DNA of 64,000 nt from Bacteroides sp. (GCA_014801535.1 JAAVEA010000006.1:51433-115432); one strand, 5' to 3'; positions 10,491 through 20,752 are shown, counted from the first letter of the stretch. Notes: a model not told the origin generated them from the letters alone. Made by a program: numbers and translations.

Positions 10491-11228
10491 ATGGAAAAGA
10501 ACTATATATATGGGATCCGGGCCGTGATCGAGGCTATAGAGTCTGGGAAGAACATTGACAAGGTGCTTGTCCGCAGGGATCTTTCCGGAGATCTATCGCG
10601 TGAACTCATGGCTAAGATAAAGGAATATGGAACGGTGATGCAGAAGGTGCCTGTTGATAAATTAAACAGGATCACCATGAAAAATCATCAGGGTGTAATC
10701 GCCATTCTTTCTCCGGTGAGTTACCAGAAGCTGGAGAATCTTGTTCCGCTTTTCTATGAGGAGGGTAGGAATCCGCTGATTCTCGTGCTCGACGGAATTA
10801 CCGACACCAGAAATTTCGGAGCCATCGGGCGCACTGCTGACTGTGCCGGTATAGACGCTATCGTTATTCCCGAGAGAAACAGCGTTTCCGTAACTCCCGA
10901 TGCGATGAAAACATCGGCCGGAGCGTTGCTATATGTGCCCGTGTGCAGGGAGAGATCTACACTTGATGCGGTGAAATTCCTGAAAGCCAATGGTTATCGC
11001 ATTGTAGGAGCCACTGAGAAAGGGGCAGAGGATTATACGAAGGCCGACTATACTGTTCCGGTGGCTATTGTTATGGGTAATGAAGAGACCGGAATATCCA
11101 ACGAAGTGTTAAGACAATGCGACGACCTTGCGGCAATTCCGATATGTGGAAACATCGGATCGCTTAATGTTTCCGTAGCAGCAGGAGTGATGCTTTATGA
11201 AGCCGTGCGTCAACGTCGTAATTTGTGA
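10491..11228 (+). CDS. rlmB: 23S rRNA (guanosine-2'-O)-methyltransferase, SpoU family
   Basis: NHQGV, DTRNFGAIGRT, MGNEETG, SLNVSVAAG. Confidence 0.9.
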   Translation: MEKNYIYGIRAVIEAIESGKNIDKVLVRRDLSGDLSRELMAKIKEYGTVMQKVPVDKLNRITMKNHQGVIAILSPVSYQKLENLVPLFYEEGRNPLILVLDGITDTRNFGAIGRTADCAGIDAIVIPERNSVSVTPDAMKTSAGALLYVPVCRERSTLDAVKFLKANGYRIVGATEKGAEDYTKADYTVPVAIVMGNEETGISNEVLRQCDDLAAIPICGNIGSLNVSVAAGVMLYEAVRQRRNL

Positions 11229-11337
11229 AATCCAAAGGAAAATTGTAACTTTGCAACCGACTACATTCCGGCCATCGGAGTGTAAAAGAGAGACTACGTA
11301 AAGGCTCGTGGCCGGAAAATTAATTTCATAAAGAGTT

Positions 11338-12738
11338 ATGATAAATCGAGTATTGATAAGAATCAAGGCGATACAGATACTGTATTCCTATCTTTTGGTT
11401 GAAAAAAAGTTTTCGTTCGAAAGCATGCCTTCCATGCCTACGAAAGAAAAAAGGTTTGCTTATGCACTCTATCTTGACATGCTTGTTCTTATGAACAGCA
11501 TAGCCCGCAGTATCCGGCGCCGCGGAGGCGATGAGCCTCTGGCTGATACCCGTTTTATCAAGCGTCTTTCGAATGATGAGCAGCTCAAACCTCTTCTTGC
11601 CAAATATCGCTCAATGCATTTTCCGTTTGAGCCGGCAGCCGAGAGAATAGCCGAAACACTTAAGAATTCCGCTTATTATAAGAATTGGTTGAAAAAGAGT
11701 GAATCGGGCGAACTCGGTTCTGATGAGGGCCTTTGGAGCGACATCTTCAATATATTCATTCTTCCTGACAAAGGGGTGAACGACATGATAGCCCAACGTG
11801 AGAATTTCACTTTGAAAGGAGTGGAAAGGATGAAGGAGATGATGGAAACCACTTTCTCCAGTTTCCTTGCCTCACAAGACGACGGCACGGATGCGACCAA
11901 GGCTTTCTCCAAATCAATTGATATGGCGCGTGAGCTTTATTTCTTACTTCTGCTTCTACCGGTGGAGCTTACCGATCTTCGTGAACGCCAGCTTGAAGAG
12001 AATAGAAATAAATATCTCACCACGGTGGAGGATCTGAATCCGAATCTGAAATTTGTGGAAAATTCGCTCGTAGAGGAGATAAGGAAGAATGAGACTGTTG
12101 CCTCATTTGTGGAGAAAAACAAATTGTCGTGGATTCAGACCGATCCTCTTATGATGGATTCCTTATTAAAGGCCATCATGAATTCGGAGATATATGAGGA
12201 ATATATGGCGGATCCGGTTTCCTCTCCTGTAAAAGACGCGGAGTTCTGGAAGAACATATTCAAGAAAGTGATTTTGGAAAATCAGGATTTTCTGGAATAT
12301 CTTGAAGACAAATCAGTGTTCTGGAATGATGACCTCGAAATAATGAGCACTTTTGCATTGAAAACATTGCGTCGTCTTTCAGAAGGTGACAGAAATGCAG
12401 TGCTTGATAAATTCAAGGATGAGGAGGATGCCCGGTTCGGTTACGACCTTATCAGATATGTTCTCAAGAACAAGGATGAATACAGAGGCTATATTGATGA
12501 GGCGCTTGTGGAGCATCGTTGGGACCGCGACCGTCTTGCTTTCATGGATGTCCTCGTGATTGAAACTGCCTTGGCTGAGATTCTGAATTTTCCCAAGATT
12601 CCTCTTTCAGTGAGCGTGAATGAATATATCGAGATCGCTAAAAGCTATTCCTCGGCTAAGAGTGGCAGTTTCGTCAACGGTTTGCTTGCCAGTGTGCTCC
12701 GCAATCTGAAGGAGAATGGTAAATTGCACAAATCGTGA
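11338..12738 (+). CDS. nusB: Transcription antitermination factor NusB, unusually long form
   Basis: MINRVLIRIK start; C-terminal VSVNEYIEIAKSYS...FVNGLL NusB motif; promoter TAACTTTG at 11246-11253. Confidence 0.88.
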   Translation: MINRVLIRIKAIQILYSYLLVEKKFSFESMPSMPTKEKRFAYALYLDMLVLMNSIARSIRRRGGDEPLADTRFIKRLSNDEQLKPLLAKYRSMHFPFEPAAERIAETLKNSAYYKNWLKKSESGELGSDEGLWSDIFNIFILPDKGVNDMIAQRENFTLKGVERMKEMMETTFSSFLASQDDGTDATKAFSKSIDMARELYFLLLLLPVELTDLRERQLEENRNKYLTTVEDLNPNLKFVENSLVEEIRKNETVASFVEKNKLSWIQTDPLMMDSLLKAIMNSEIYEEYMADPVSSPVKDAEFWKNIFKKVILENQDFLEYLEDKSVFWNDDLEIMSTFALKTLRRLSEGDRNAVLDKFKDEEDARFGYDLIRYVLKNKDEYRGYIDEALVEHRWDRDRLAFMDVLVIETALAEILNFPKIPLSVSVNEYIEIAKSYSSAKSGSFVNGLLASVLRNLKENGKLHKS

Positions 12739-12778
12739 CAGTAAGTATAGTTAAAGAAAATAATAAAAAGATAGATTT

Positions 12779-13096
12779 ATGAACCAACTCAACACTTTGC
12801 TTCTCCAGGCACAGGCCGGTCAGGGAAACAGTTGGACGGGAATGTTGATGATTGTGGCGATGATCGCAATTTTCTATTTCTTCATGATACGTCCGCAGTC
12901 TAAGAAACAGAAAGAGATTAAGAAACAGCGTGAAGCCATGAAAAATGGCGACAGGATCGTTACTGCCGGAGGCATTCATGGAAAAATCAAGGAGGTGAAG
13001 GAAGCTGTGATCATCATGGAGGTTGCACCAGGTGTGGCAATCAAGGTGGATAAGAATTCCGTATATCCTGTGATTGAAGAGTCTGCAAAGAAATAA
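12779..13096 (+). CDS. yajC: Preprotein translocase subunit YajC
   Basis: FYFFMIRPQ, GDRIVTAGGIHG. Confidence 0.95.
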   Translation: MNQLNTLLLQAQAGQGNSWTGMLMIVAMIAIFYFFMIRPQSKKQKEIKKQREAMKNGDRIVTAGGIHGKIKEVKEAVIIMEVAPGVAIKVDKNSVYPVIEESAKK

Positions 13097-13129
13097 GATA
13101 ACCGCGTTGGATAGGTCTGACGATCGCTT

Positions 13130-14104
13130 ATGGGAAAAAGGCTGCAAAGCATAAAAAAGAGGTGGAACCGCATGAAAGCTTCTAAAGGCTTTCACAGCAC
13201 TGTTGTCTTTTTATGCTTTGTGGTTGTGTCTACGGTGTTCTGGTTCATTCTTGCAATGAACGACAGCGTCACGAAAACATTCGATGTCAGCCTTAAAATC
13301 GTGAATGTTCCCGATTCCGTTACATTTATCAATGATCCGCCCGACAATATTCATGTCACGCTTCGCGATAAGGGTACGAATCTGCTGCGGGCAGGAGTTG
13401 TGAATCATCCCACGATTTATATAAATTTCAGAGATTTTGCTTCTAAAACCTTCTTCCGTTTCAGCAAAAGTGATCTTGATGCGGCTTTGAAGGCGACATT
13501 CGGGTCGTCGGCTCAGATAGGCTCTGTGTCGATAGATTCCCTTGCATTGCGATATACCACAGGCAAAGGACATCGTGTGCCGATCGTGGTAAGGGCGGAT
13601 GTTTCAGCCTCTGCCGGAAATGTGATAGCCGGGTTGCCCGAACCGTTGGAAAGAGTGGTGAGCGTATATTCTGTTTCTGATAATATAGATACACTCAGCA
13701 GAGTTTATACGGAGCCGATTGTAAAACGAAATCTTTCCGAAACCACAGAGCTGGAGATTCCCCTTGTGCCGATGGCAGGCGTAAAAATGGTTCCATCGAA
13801 GATCAAGGTGAAAATCACGGTTGATCCTCTGGTCAAGAAAGATGCAGTGGCGACTGTAAAGCCTGTTAATGTGCCTGCGGGAATGTCATTGCTTCTTTTC
13901 CCGGCTGTGGTTCAGGTGTCTTACTATGTGCCGATGTCGCATTTTAACGATGAAGACGTGCCTGTAAGGGTGACTGTGAATTATGATGATATAGAGAGAA
14001 CACCGGTCAGCAGAATACCTCTCTCCATATCTGCAACTGAGCCTTATGTAGCCAGTCCGCATCTTAGTCAGAGCGATGTGGAGTATACTCTTGTAAGGGA
14101 ATGA
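13130..14104 (+). CDS. YbbR/CdaR-like membrane-anchored protein
   Basis: Single N-terminal TM (FWFILAMND) followed by beta-rich repeats; yajC-coaE context. Confidence 0.65.
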   Translation: MGKRLQSIKKRWNRMKASKGFHSTVVFLCFVVVSTVFWFILAMNDSVTKTFDVSLKIVNVPDSVTFINDPPDNIHVTLRDKGTNLLRAGVVNHPTIYINFRDFASKTFFRFSKSDLDAALKATFGSSAQIGSVSIDSLALRYTTGKGHRVPIVVRADVSASAGNVIAGLPEPLERVVSVYSVSDNIDTLSRVYTEPIVKRNLSETTELEIPLVPMAGVKMVPSKIKVKITVDPLVKKDAVATVKPVNVPAGMSLLLFPAVVQVSYYVPMSHFNDEDVPVRVTVNYDDIERTPVSRIPLSISATEPYVASPHLSQSDVEYTLVRE

Positions 14105-14107
14105 CCT

Positions 14108-14710
14108 ATGGAGAATAAAATTTACGATAAAGGAAATTTGATAGGTCTTACCGGAGGAATAGGCGCAGGGAAGAGTGTTGTTGCCAGAGTCTTGCGTCTG
14201 AAAGGTTATGAGGTATATGATTGCGATTTGCGCGCACGTGCCATAATGGAAGAATCGGCTGAGATACGCGATGAATTGATAAATAAATTCGGTGAATCAT
14301 GTTATAGATCCGATGCTTCGCTCGACAGAACTTTTCTTGCTCAGAGAATATTCTCCTGTCGGGAGGAAAGAATATGGCTCAATACACTTGTGCATGAAGC
14401 TGTAAGAAAAGATATAGTGGAATGGAACCGAGATGTGGAGGCCGAACTGATGTTTGTGGAATCTGCGATTCTCCACACTTCAGGTCTGGACAGGATATGC
14501 CGTCGGATATGGCTCGTGACAGCTCCGGAAGATGTCAGATTCTTAAGAGCTCTTGAAAGAGGTGGAATTGATCCTGAAAATCTCCGTGCGAGAATGAAAT
14601 CTCAGGAAATGGAATTTGATGAACTGCCGCTTTCGAAAGTTGATAGAATTGACAATTTCGGCATGAAGCCGGTGGTGAATAGAATCAATAGGCTTTTGTC
14701 GGTAATCTAA
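14108..14710 (+). CDS. coaE: Dephospho-CoA kinase
   Basis: IGLTGGIGAGKS, VYDCD, LDR..LA..IF, RARMKSQ. Confidence 0.93.
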   Translation: MENKIYDKGNLIGLTGGIGAGKSVVARVLRLKGYEVYDCDLRARAIMEESAEIRDELINKFGESCYRSDASLDRTFLAQRIFSCREERIWLNTLVHEAVRKDIVEWNRDVEAELMFVESAILHTSGLDRICRRIWLVTAPEDVRFLRALERGGIDPENLRARMKSQEMEFDELPLSKVDRIDNFGMKPVVNRINRLLSVI

Positions 14711-14797
14711 AAATGAGGCGGGTGGAATCACCGGCTTCAGTATTTAAGAATTAGTTAAAATATAGATAAATTATTAGTAACTACTTATTAACAAAAT

Positions 14798-15229
14798 ATG
14801 TTACGCACAATATTATCAGTGACCGGTCGTCCCGGTCTTTTCAAGATTGTCTCTCAGGGTAAGGGCGTTCTTATCGTGGAGGAACTTGGCACAGGGAAGC
14901 GTTTCCCTATTCATGCACGTGATAAAGTTAGCTCTCTCGGAGACATAGCAATGTATACCGAATCGGGTGACACTCCTCTTGGAGAGATACTCGATAAGGT
15001 TTATGCAAAACATAACGGAGAGAAGATTGACGTGAAGGCTCTCGTGAAAAATGATGGCCTGAAGGGAGCTTTTGAGGAGGTTGTGGAAGACTATGACCGC
15101 GATCGGGTGTATAATAATGATATAAAGAAGCTCTTTAGCTGGTATAATATCCTCATCGATAACGGTTTTACAAAGTTTACCGAAGACGAGAAGAAAGAGG
15201 AAGAAAAATCAGAAGAGGAACAGAAGTAA
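14798..15229 (+). CDS. Conserved Bacteroidota protein (DUF5606-like)
   Basis: ILSVTGRPGLFK, LGDIAMYT, YDRDRVY..DIKKLFSWYNIL. Confidence 0.7.
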   Translation: MLRTILSVTGRPGLFKIVSQGKGVLIVEELGTGKRFPIHARDKVSSLGDIAMYTESGDTPLGEILDKVYAKHNGEKIDVKALVKNDGLKGAFEEVVEDYDRDRVYNNDIKKLFSWYNILIDNGFTKFTEDEKKEEEKSEEEQK

Positions 15230-15258
15230 TATCTGAAAAAACCGATTCAGAGTTTAGG

Positions 15259-15326
15259 ACTTAATCCATAAAATCATAAGGGATGATAGAAATTTCTATC
15301 ATCCCTTATGATTTTATGGATTAAGT
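15259..15326. repeat. Perfect 68-bp palindrome between convergent genes (possible bidirectional terminator)
   Basis: 34-nt arm ACTTAATCCATAAAATCATAAGGGATGATAGAAA directly followed by its exact reverse complement. Confidence 0.9.
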
Positions 15327-15331
15327 TACAA

Positions 15332-16519
15332 TTAGAATTTAAACATTACGCGAGCCTGTATGATGTTTACGTGGCGGTCGGGTGTGAAGTCTGCGTCTCT
15401 TACATTAGTGTAGCTGTAACGCAGACGGCAGATCACATACTTGTTCAGATAATAATTGAATGTTACTGAATAGTCGTTCGAGATACCGCCAATCACTCCG
15501 GCCTTGGAGTCGTATGCATTGGTATAGTCATAACCGAGCACACATTCAAGAGTCTTGGGTGAAGGTGTAGCCAAGCCGGCATCTCCTCTTGAATATCCAT
15601 ATTGCTTGTCACCAAGGAGAAGGGCTCTTACCGAACCATAGGCTGCTTTTGAGTTATAGCTTGAATATCCGTGGTCGCGATTCACGTTCATGTAATAGAA
15701 CTGTCCTTCGAGAGCGAAGCGGTCTTTGGCAAGCACGAGTTCGGGAGAAATCTTCAGAACGCCTTTGGCATTCGATACGTTTGCCTGTACCAAGCCTACA
15801 TTGTCAACCTTAGTTGGGAAGTTGGCTGAATAGTTAAAAGATCCGGGTGATGCAACGATTTCTCCTGCTGCGTTAGTTTCTGCAGTATGTTCCGCACTCT
15901 GATACCATGAAGAGAAACCGATCTGCACCACATTTCCGTCGGTATAATAAGGATGCCATACAAAGCGTTCCATAGCGCCTACACTTATCTTACCTTGCTG
16001 ACCGGGAGTGTTAGAAAGACTCTTTGCAGAGGCAAAAGCACTGAGACCGAAGAAGAATTGGTTTTTATCATGGATATAATTCAATCCGAGATTTCTTCCT
16101 GTAGCGTTAAAGAACGTGTCGGAAGTAGGAGCGATCATTGTAGGTTTCATCGAGCTCGAAGTTGCTGCATTTAGACCGAACTGATGCACGAAATAACCGA
16201 GTTTGAATGTATTGTAAGCATCGGGTTTATAAGCGATGAATACATCCTTAAGGCTGAGCTTTCCCATGCCGTAGCCGATGTCTAACTTTCCTGAGAATTT
16301 GCCGAATGTGGCAGTACCGCCCAATCGAATGTCAGGCAAGGCAACTCCATCGGAGAATCCGTTCTTATTAGGTGCGAAAAGCGCTCCGTCGAATAGAATA
16401 CGGCCGGCAGGTTTAAAGGTGAGTTTGGGCTTATCTGCATTAGCTTCCTGCGAATAAGCGTTGAAACCTCCGGAGATCAGAAGGAGAGTTGAGGCTGAAA
16501 GTACATGGAATTTTTTCAT
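15332..16519 (-). CDS. Outer-membrane porin, phosphate-selective OprO/OprP-like
   Basis: Signal peptide; GRILFDGA...DIRLG...LKDVFI pattern; amphipathic strands; terminal Phe. Confidence 0.7.
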   Translation of the reverse strand: MKKFHVLSASTLLLISGGFNAYSQEANADKPKLTFKPAGRILFDGALFAPNKNGFSDGVALPDIRLGGTATFGKFSGKLDIGYGMGKLSLKDVFIAYKPDAYNTFKLGYFVHQFGLNAATSSSMKPTMIAPTSDTFFNATGRNLGLNYIHDKNQFFFGLSAFASAKSLSNTPGQQGKISVGAMERFVWHPYYTDGNVVQIGFSSWYQSAEHTAETNAAGEIVASPGSFNYSANFPTKVDNVGLVQANVSNAKGVLKISPELVLAKDRFALEGQFYYMNVNRDHGYSSYNSKAAYGSVRALLLGDKQYGYSRGDAGLATPSPKTLECVLGYDYTNAYDSKAGVIGGISNDYSVTFNYYLNKYVICRLRYSYTNVRDADFTPDRHVNIIQARVMFKF

Positions 16520-16797
16520 ATTTATTTGGTTTATAGTGGATTAGCTTAATTTTAGCGATTTCCTGATGTATATTCGTTTTGGTTATAGTATCTTAACAAT
16601 TTTTTACAATAAATTGTTTCAGAAAAAAAATTCTGTTAAAGAACATTTAATTTTTTTAAACTAAAACCGATGCACATTGTTTTGGATATTATAATACAGA
16701 CATCCGGAGAATGCCCGAATTTAAATTAGATTGTAAGACAGAACGTTAATTAAAGGCATGTGCCGGGTTAATTTTAAAACCTCAATACCATTTCAGT

Positions 16798-18108
16798 ATG
16801 AATAAATTTATGTCATTGGCTGCCTTGGCGGCTTTCTCACTCCTCTTTCCAGTGCTTTCAAATGCTCAGGCACAGCGTTCAAAGGAATTCAAGGATAAAT
16901 ATAAGTTGAAAGAGGCAGTTGTTCTTAGCCGTCACAACATACGTGCTCCGCTTTCTGATGAGAAGAGCACGCTCGGGCAGATGACTCCGCATAAATGGCA
17001 TAAATGGAGTGCCGGCAAGAGCGAACTTTCAAGCCGGGGAGGTGCGTTGGAAACCATGATGGGTCAGTATTTCCGTAAATGGGCAGTAGATGCAGGTTTA
17101 TTCCCTGAGAATCATGAGCCTTCGGCTACAGATGTGAACGTGACGGCCAATTCCATGCAGCGATGCATTGCCACTGCTCAGTATTTTTCTTCCGGTTTCA
17201 TGCCTGTGGGTGGAATCAAGGTGAATCATAAGTATTCACCATCAAAGATGGATCCTCTTTTCAATCCGCAGATCACCAAGTCAAGTCCGGCATTCCGTGC
17301 TGAAGCGATGAAACAGATAGAGGCAATGGGTGGAAAGAAAGGGATTGTAGGAATCAATGAGAAGATCAAACCTGAATATGAACTCATGATGGAAGTGCTT
17401 GATGTGAAGGATTCTCCTATGGCAAAAGCAAACAGTCCGGAACTTAAAGCACTCACCAATTACAATACAGAGATCGTTCTCGATAAGTGGGGTGAGCCGA
17501 GCATGAAATCGGGAAGCGCTCTGAAAGAGCTCAACGCTGCGAGCGATGCCTTCATTCTCCAGTATTATGAAGAACCTGACACTCTTGCGGCAGCGTTCGG
17601 TCATAAGCTAACCCGTAAGGATTGGGAACGTCTCGCACATGTAAAAGATGTTTATCAGGATGTGCTTTTCACTGCACCGATAGTTGCCACGAATGTAGCA
17701 AAACCTCTTATTCAATATATGTTCGACGAGCTTCAGAGCCCTGACCGGAAGTTTACTTTCCTTGTAGGACACGATAGCAACCTTTCAAGTGTGGCCACAG
17801 CCCTTGGCATAGAGGAATATGAAGTGCCCAATGCTATTGAAAAGAAAACTCCCATTGGATCCAAGATGGTGATTGAGAAATTTGTGGGCCCTGACGGCGA
17901 AGAATATGCCGATGTGAATCTTGTTTACCAGAGCATAGATCAGCTTCGCAATATGGAGCTCCTCGATCTTGATAATCCTCCCATGATTTATCCGCTTTCA
18001 TTCAAGGGGATGCAGAAGAATGCCGATGGTCTTTACAAAATGGCCGATGTAGCCAACCGTTTTGAGCAGGCTATCCGTGCCTACGAGGCAATTCCCGATG
18101 GAGAATGA
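16798..18108 (+). CDS. Secreted histidine acid phosphatase (Agp/AppA-like glucose-1-phosphatase or phytase)
   Basis: Signal peptide; SRHNIRAP catalytic motif and GHDSN proton-donor motif; TPIGSK. Confidence 0.85.
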   Translation: MNKFMSLAALAAFSLLFPVLSNAQAQRSKEFKDKYKLKEAVVLSRHNIRAPLSDEKSTLGQMTPHKWHKWSAGKSELSSRGGALETMMGQYFRKWAVDAGLFPENHEPSATDVNVTANSMQRCIATAQYFSSGFMPVGGIKVNHKYSPSKMDPLFNPQITKSSPAFRAEAMKQIEAMGGKKGIVGINEKIKPEYELMMEVLDVKDSPMAKANSPELKALTNYNTEIVLDKWGEPSMKSGSALKELNAASDAFILQYYEEPDTLAAAFGHKLTRKDWERLAHVKDVYQDVLFTAPIVATNVAKPLIQYMFDELQSPDRKFTFLVGHDSNLSSVATALGIEEYEVPNAIEKKTPIGSKMVIEKFVGPDGEEYADVNLVYQSIDQLRNMELLDLDNPPMIYPLSFKGMQKNADGLYKMADVANRFEQAIRAYEAIPDGE

Positions 18109-18135
18109 AGATAGACTTATCACTATAAATATCAG

Positions 18136-18166
18136 AAGAGTCCGGTGTAAAGCCGGACTCTTTTTT
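18136..18166 (+). terminator. Intrinsic terminator
   Basis: AAGAGTCCGG/CCGGACTCTT stem followed by T-tract. Confidence 0.8.
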
Positions 18167-18373
18167 ATAACGGGCTAATGTTTAGTCTGTCTAACTTTTT
18201 GGAGTCGCTTCATTATTGAGAAACGAGGTCTGGGCAACTTCTATACATTATTATAAGCATTTAAAAAAGTTTAAATGTGTTTATTGCCCGGGCTGCCTCA
18301 TCCTGTAGCTACCAACTATAATTTTTTTCGGTTGTTATAAAAGTATCAGCTTCTGAATAATATAGAAGCTTTT

Positions 18374-18388
18374 TGGCACACTATTTGA
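18374..18388 (+). promoter_or_regulatory. Sigma54-like -24/-12 motif upstream of htpG
   Basis: TGGCACACTATTTGA (GG-N10-GA), 43 nt before the ATG. Confidence 0.4.
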
Positions 18389-18431
18389 TAATCATATAGA
18401 AAAACACAATATAATAAACGATAGAAATAAT

Positions 18432-20477
18432 ATGGCAACAGGTAAAATCGGGGTAACAACCGAAAATATCTTCCCCGTAATCAAAAAATTCTTATATAGC
18501 GACCACGAAATATTCTTGCGTGAGCTTGTTTCCAATGCGATAGACGCAACCCAGAAACTCAAGACACTTGCATCTTTCGGTGAATTTAAAGGTACTCTCG
18601 GAGAGATGAATGTAAAGGTGACTGTAGATAAGGAGGCAGGAACCCTTACCATTTCCGATCATGGTATCGGTATGGATGCTGAAGATATAGACAAATATAT
18701 CAATCAGATTGCATTCTCAGGTGCTGAAGAGTTCCTTGAAAAATATAAAGACACGGCCAACAGTATAATCGGACATTTCGGTCTTGGCTTCTATTCAGCA
18801 TTTATGGTGTCGAAGAAGGTTGAGATTCGTTCTCTTTCCTATAAAGAGGGTGCTAAGGCTGTGGAATGGGTGTGCGACGGTTCTCCGGAATATGAAATGA
18901 AAGAGATCGAGAAAAGCGAGCGCGGAACAGATGTGATTCTATATATCGATGATGATAACAAAGAGTTTCTTGAACAGGCTCGCATCGACACTCTTCTTAA
19001 AAAATATTGCCGGTTCCTCCCTGTTCCTGTAATAAGCGGCAAGGTGCAGGAATGGAAAGACGGAAAATATGTCGATACTGATAAAGACAAGGTTATCAAT
19101 GCCACAGAACCACTTTGGACAAAGAAACCATCGGAACTTACCGACAAAGATTATCTTGAGTTCTATCATGAACTGATGCCCGGTCAGGAGGATCCGATGT
19201 TCTGGATTCACCTCAATGTGGACTATCCGTTTAATCTTACCGGTATCCTTTATTTCCCGAAAGTAAAGAGCAACATTGACCTTCAACGTAATCGCATACA
19301 ACTCTATTGCAATCAGGTCTATGTGACCGATCAGGTGGAAGGTGTTGTTCCGGAATTCATGATGCTTATGCAGGGTGTGATCGATTCTCCCGACATCCCG
19401 CTTAATGTAAGCCGAAGCTATTTGCAGGCTGATCAGCAGGTGAAAAAGATTTCTTCATATATCTCCAAGAAAGTGGCTGAGAAGCTCGACAAGATGTTTA
19501 AGGAAGATCGCGCCGCATTTGAGCAGAAATGGGATGATATAGAGGTCTTTATCAAGTATGGTATGCTGACCGATGAAAAATTCTATGAGTCTGCGAAGAA
19601 ATTCTTCTTATTGAAAGATGTAAACGACAAGTATTACACGCTTGATGAATATCGCACATTAGTTGAAGCATCTCAGACGGATAAGGAGGGTAATGTGATC
19701 TATCTTTATGCCACTGATAAGACAGCCCAATATGCCTATATACAGGGTGCTGAGGAGAAAGGATATAATGTCCTTCTGATGAATGGACAACTTGACAACC
19801 ACCTGATAGGTCTTCTTGAGAGTAAGCTTGAAAAGACTCGTTTTGTGCGTGTCGATTCCGATACACCGGAGCGTCTGATAAAGAAAGAGGATGAAAAGAA
19901 ATCTGATCTCACGCCGCTTCAGGCTGATATTCTCACCGGTATATTCCGAGTAGAACTTCCAACAGTCGAGAAGGCTAATTTTATTGTGGAATACACGGCA
20001 TTGTCTCCTAACGATGCTCCTGCAACCGTTACGCAGAATGAGATGATGCGCCGAATGAAGGATATGGCAGCCATGCAGCCCGGAATGAACTTCTATGGCG
20101 ACATGCCAGATATGTATTCTGTTGTTGTCAATACCGAGCAGCCGGCCGTTAAGAAGATTCTTGAAGATGCCGAGAAGTCGGTGGCAAGTGTTGTGAAACC
20201 TATCCGTGAGGAGATAGAGAAGAATAACACCGAGATTCAGGATCTGCGAAAGAAACTTTCAGAGAAGGATGCTGATAAGGATGGTATCAATAAGCAGATA
20301 AGCGATCTTGAAGAGCAGGTTGGCAAAGACCGTGAACGCGAGGAGAGTGCAATCAAGGAATATGCCAATGGCGTAGCCAATGTAAAGCAGATCATAGATC
20401 TCGCCCTTCTTCAAAGCGGCCTTCTCAAAGGAGAGGCTCTGTCAGCCTTCATCAAGAGATCTGTATCGCTGCTCTAA
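18432..20477 (+). CDS. htpG: Chaperone HtpG (Hsp90)
   Basis: LYSDHEIFLRELVSNAIDA, DHGIGM, IGHFGLGFYSAF, DIPLNVSRS. Confidence 0.97.
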   Translation: MATGKIGVTTENIFPVIKKFLYSDHEIFLRELVSNAIDATQKLKTLASFGEFKGTLGEMNVKVTVDKEAGTLTISDHGIGMDAEDIDKYINQIAFSGAEEFLEKYKDTANSIIGHFGLGFYSAFMVSKKVEIRSLSYKEGAKAVEWVCDGSPEYEMKEIEKSERGTDVILYIDDDNKEFLEQARIDTLLKKYCRFLPVPVISGKVQEWKDGKYVDTDKDKVINATEPLWTKKPSELTDKDYLEFYHELMPGQEDPMFWIHLNVDYPFNLTGILYFPKVKSNIDLQRNRIQLYCNQVYVTDQVEGVVPEFMMLMQGVIDSPDIPLNVSRSYLQADQQVKKISSYISKKVAEKLDKMFKEDRAAFEQKWDDIEVFIKYGMLTDEKFYESAKKFFLLKDVNDKYYTLDEYRTLVEASQTDKEGNVIYLYATDKTAQYAYIQGAEEKGYNVLLMNGQLDNHLIGLLESKLEKTRFVRVDSDTPERLIKKEDEKKSDLTPLQADILTGIFRVELPTVEKANFIVEYTALSPNDAPATVTQNEMMRRMKDMAAMQPGMNFYGDMPDMYSVVVNTEQPAVKKILEDAEKSVASVVKPIREEIEKNNTEIQDLRKKLSEKDADKDGINKQISDLEEQVGKDREREESAIKEYANGVANVKQIIDLALLQSGLLKGEALSAFIKRSVSLL

Positions 20478-20547
20478 GCTTGGACATAGCTAAAGTAAAA
20501 GAAATAAGTAGCACCAATAAAACAGTTAATGTATTTGGGAATGGGCT

Positions 20548-20571
20548 GACGCACCTTGGGTGCGCCCCTAC
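20548..20571 (-). repeat. REP-like short palindrome, copy 2 (intact GTAG end)
   Basis: GTAGGGGCGCACCCAAGGTGCGTC on - strand. Confidence 0.65.
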
Positions 20572-20617
20572 ATCGAGCCGATAACGTTAATTATTTTCTG
20601 AATGATACTTATAATTG

Positions 20618-20664
20618 AAAATATACCCACAATCCGATTTTCTGCGGATTGTGGGTATATTTTT
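20618..20664. terminator. Bidirectional terminator between htpG and the ABC permease
   Basis: AAAATATACCCACAATCCG / CGGATTGTGGGTATATTTT stem. Confidence 0.8.
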
Positions 20665-20752
20665 ATTGAGAAATACAAAATCTGATAAAAGCCAGTTCTG
20701 ATTTTTAAGAAATTACTTACACAGTTCTAACTTTTATTAGATGGAGCCTAAA

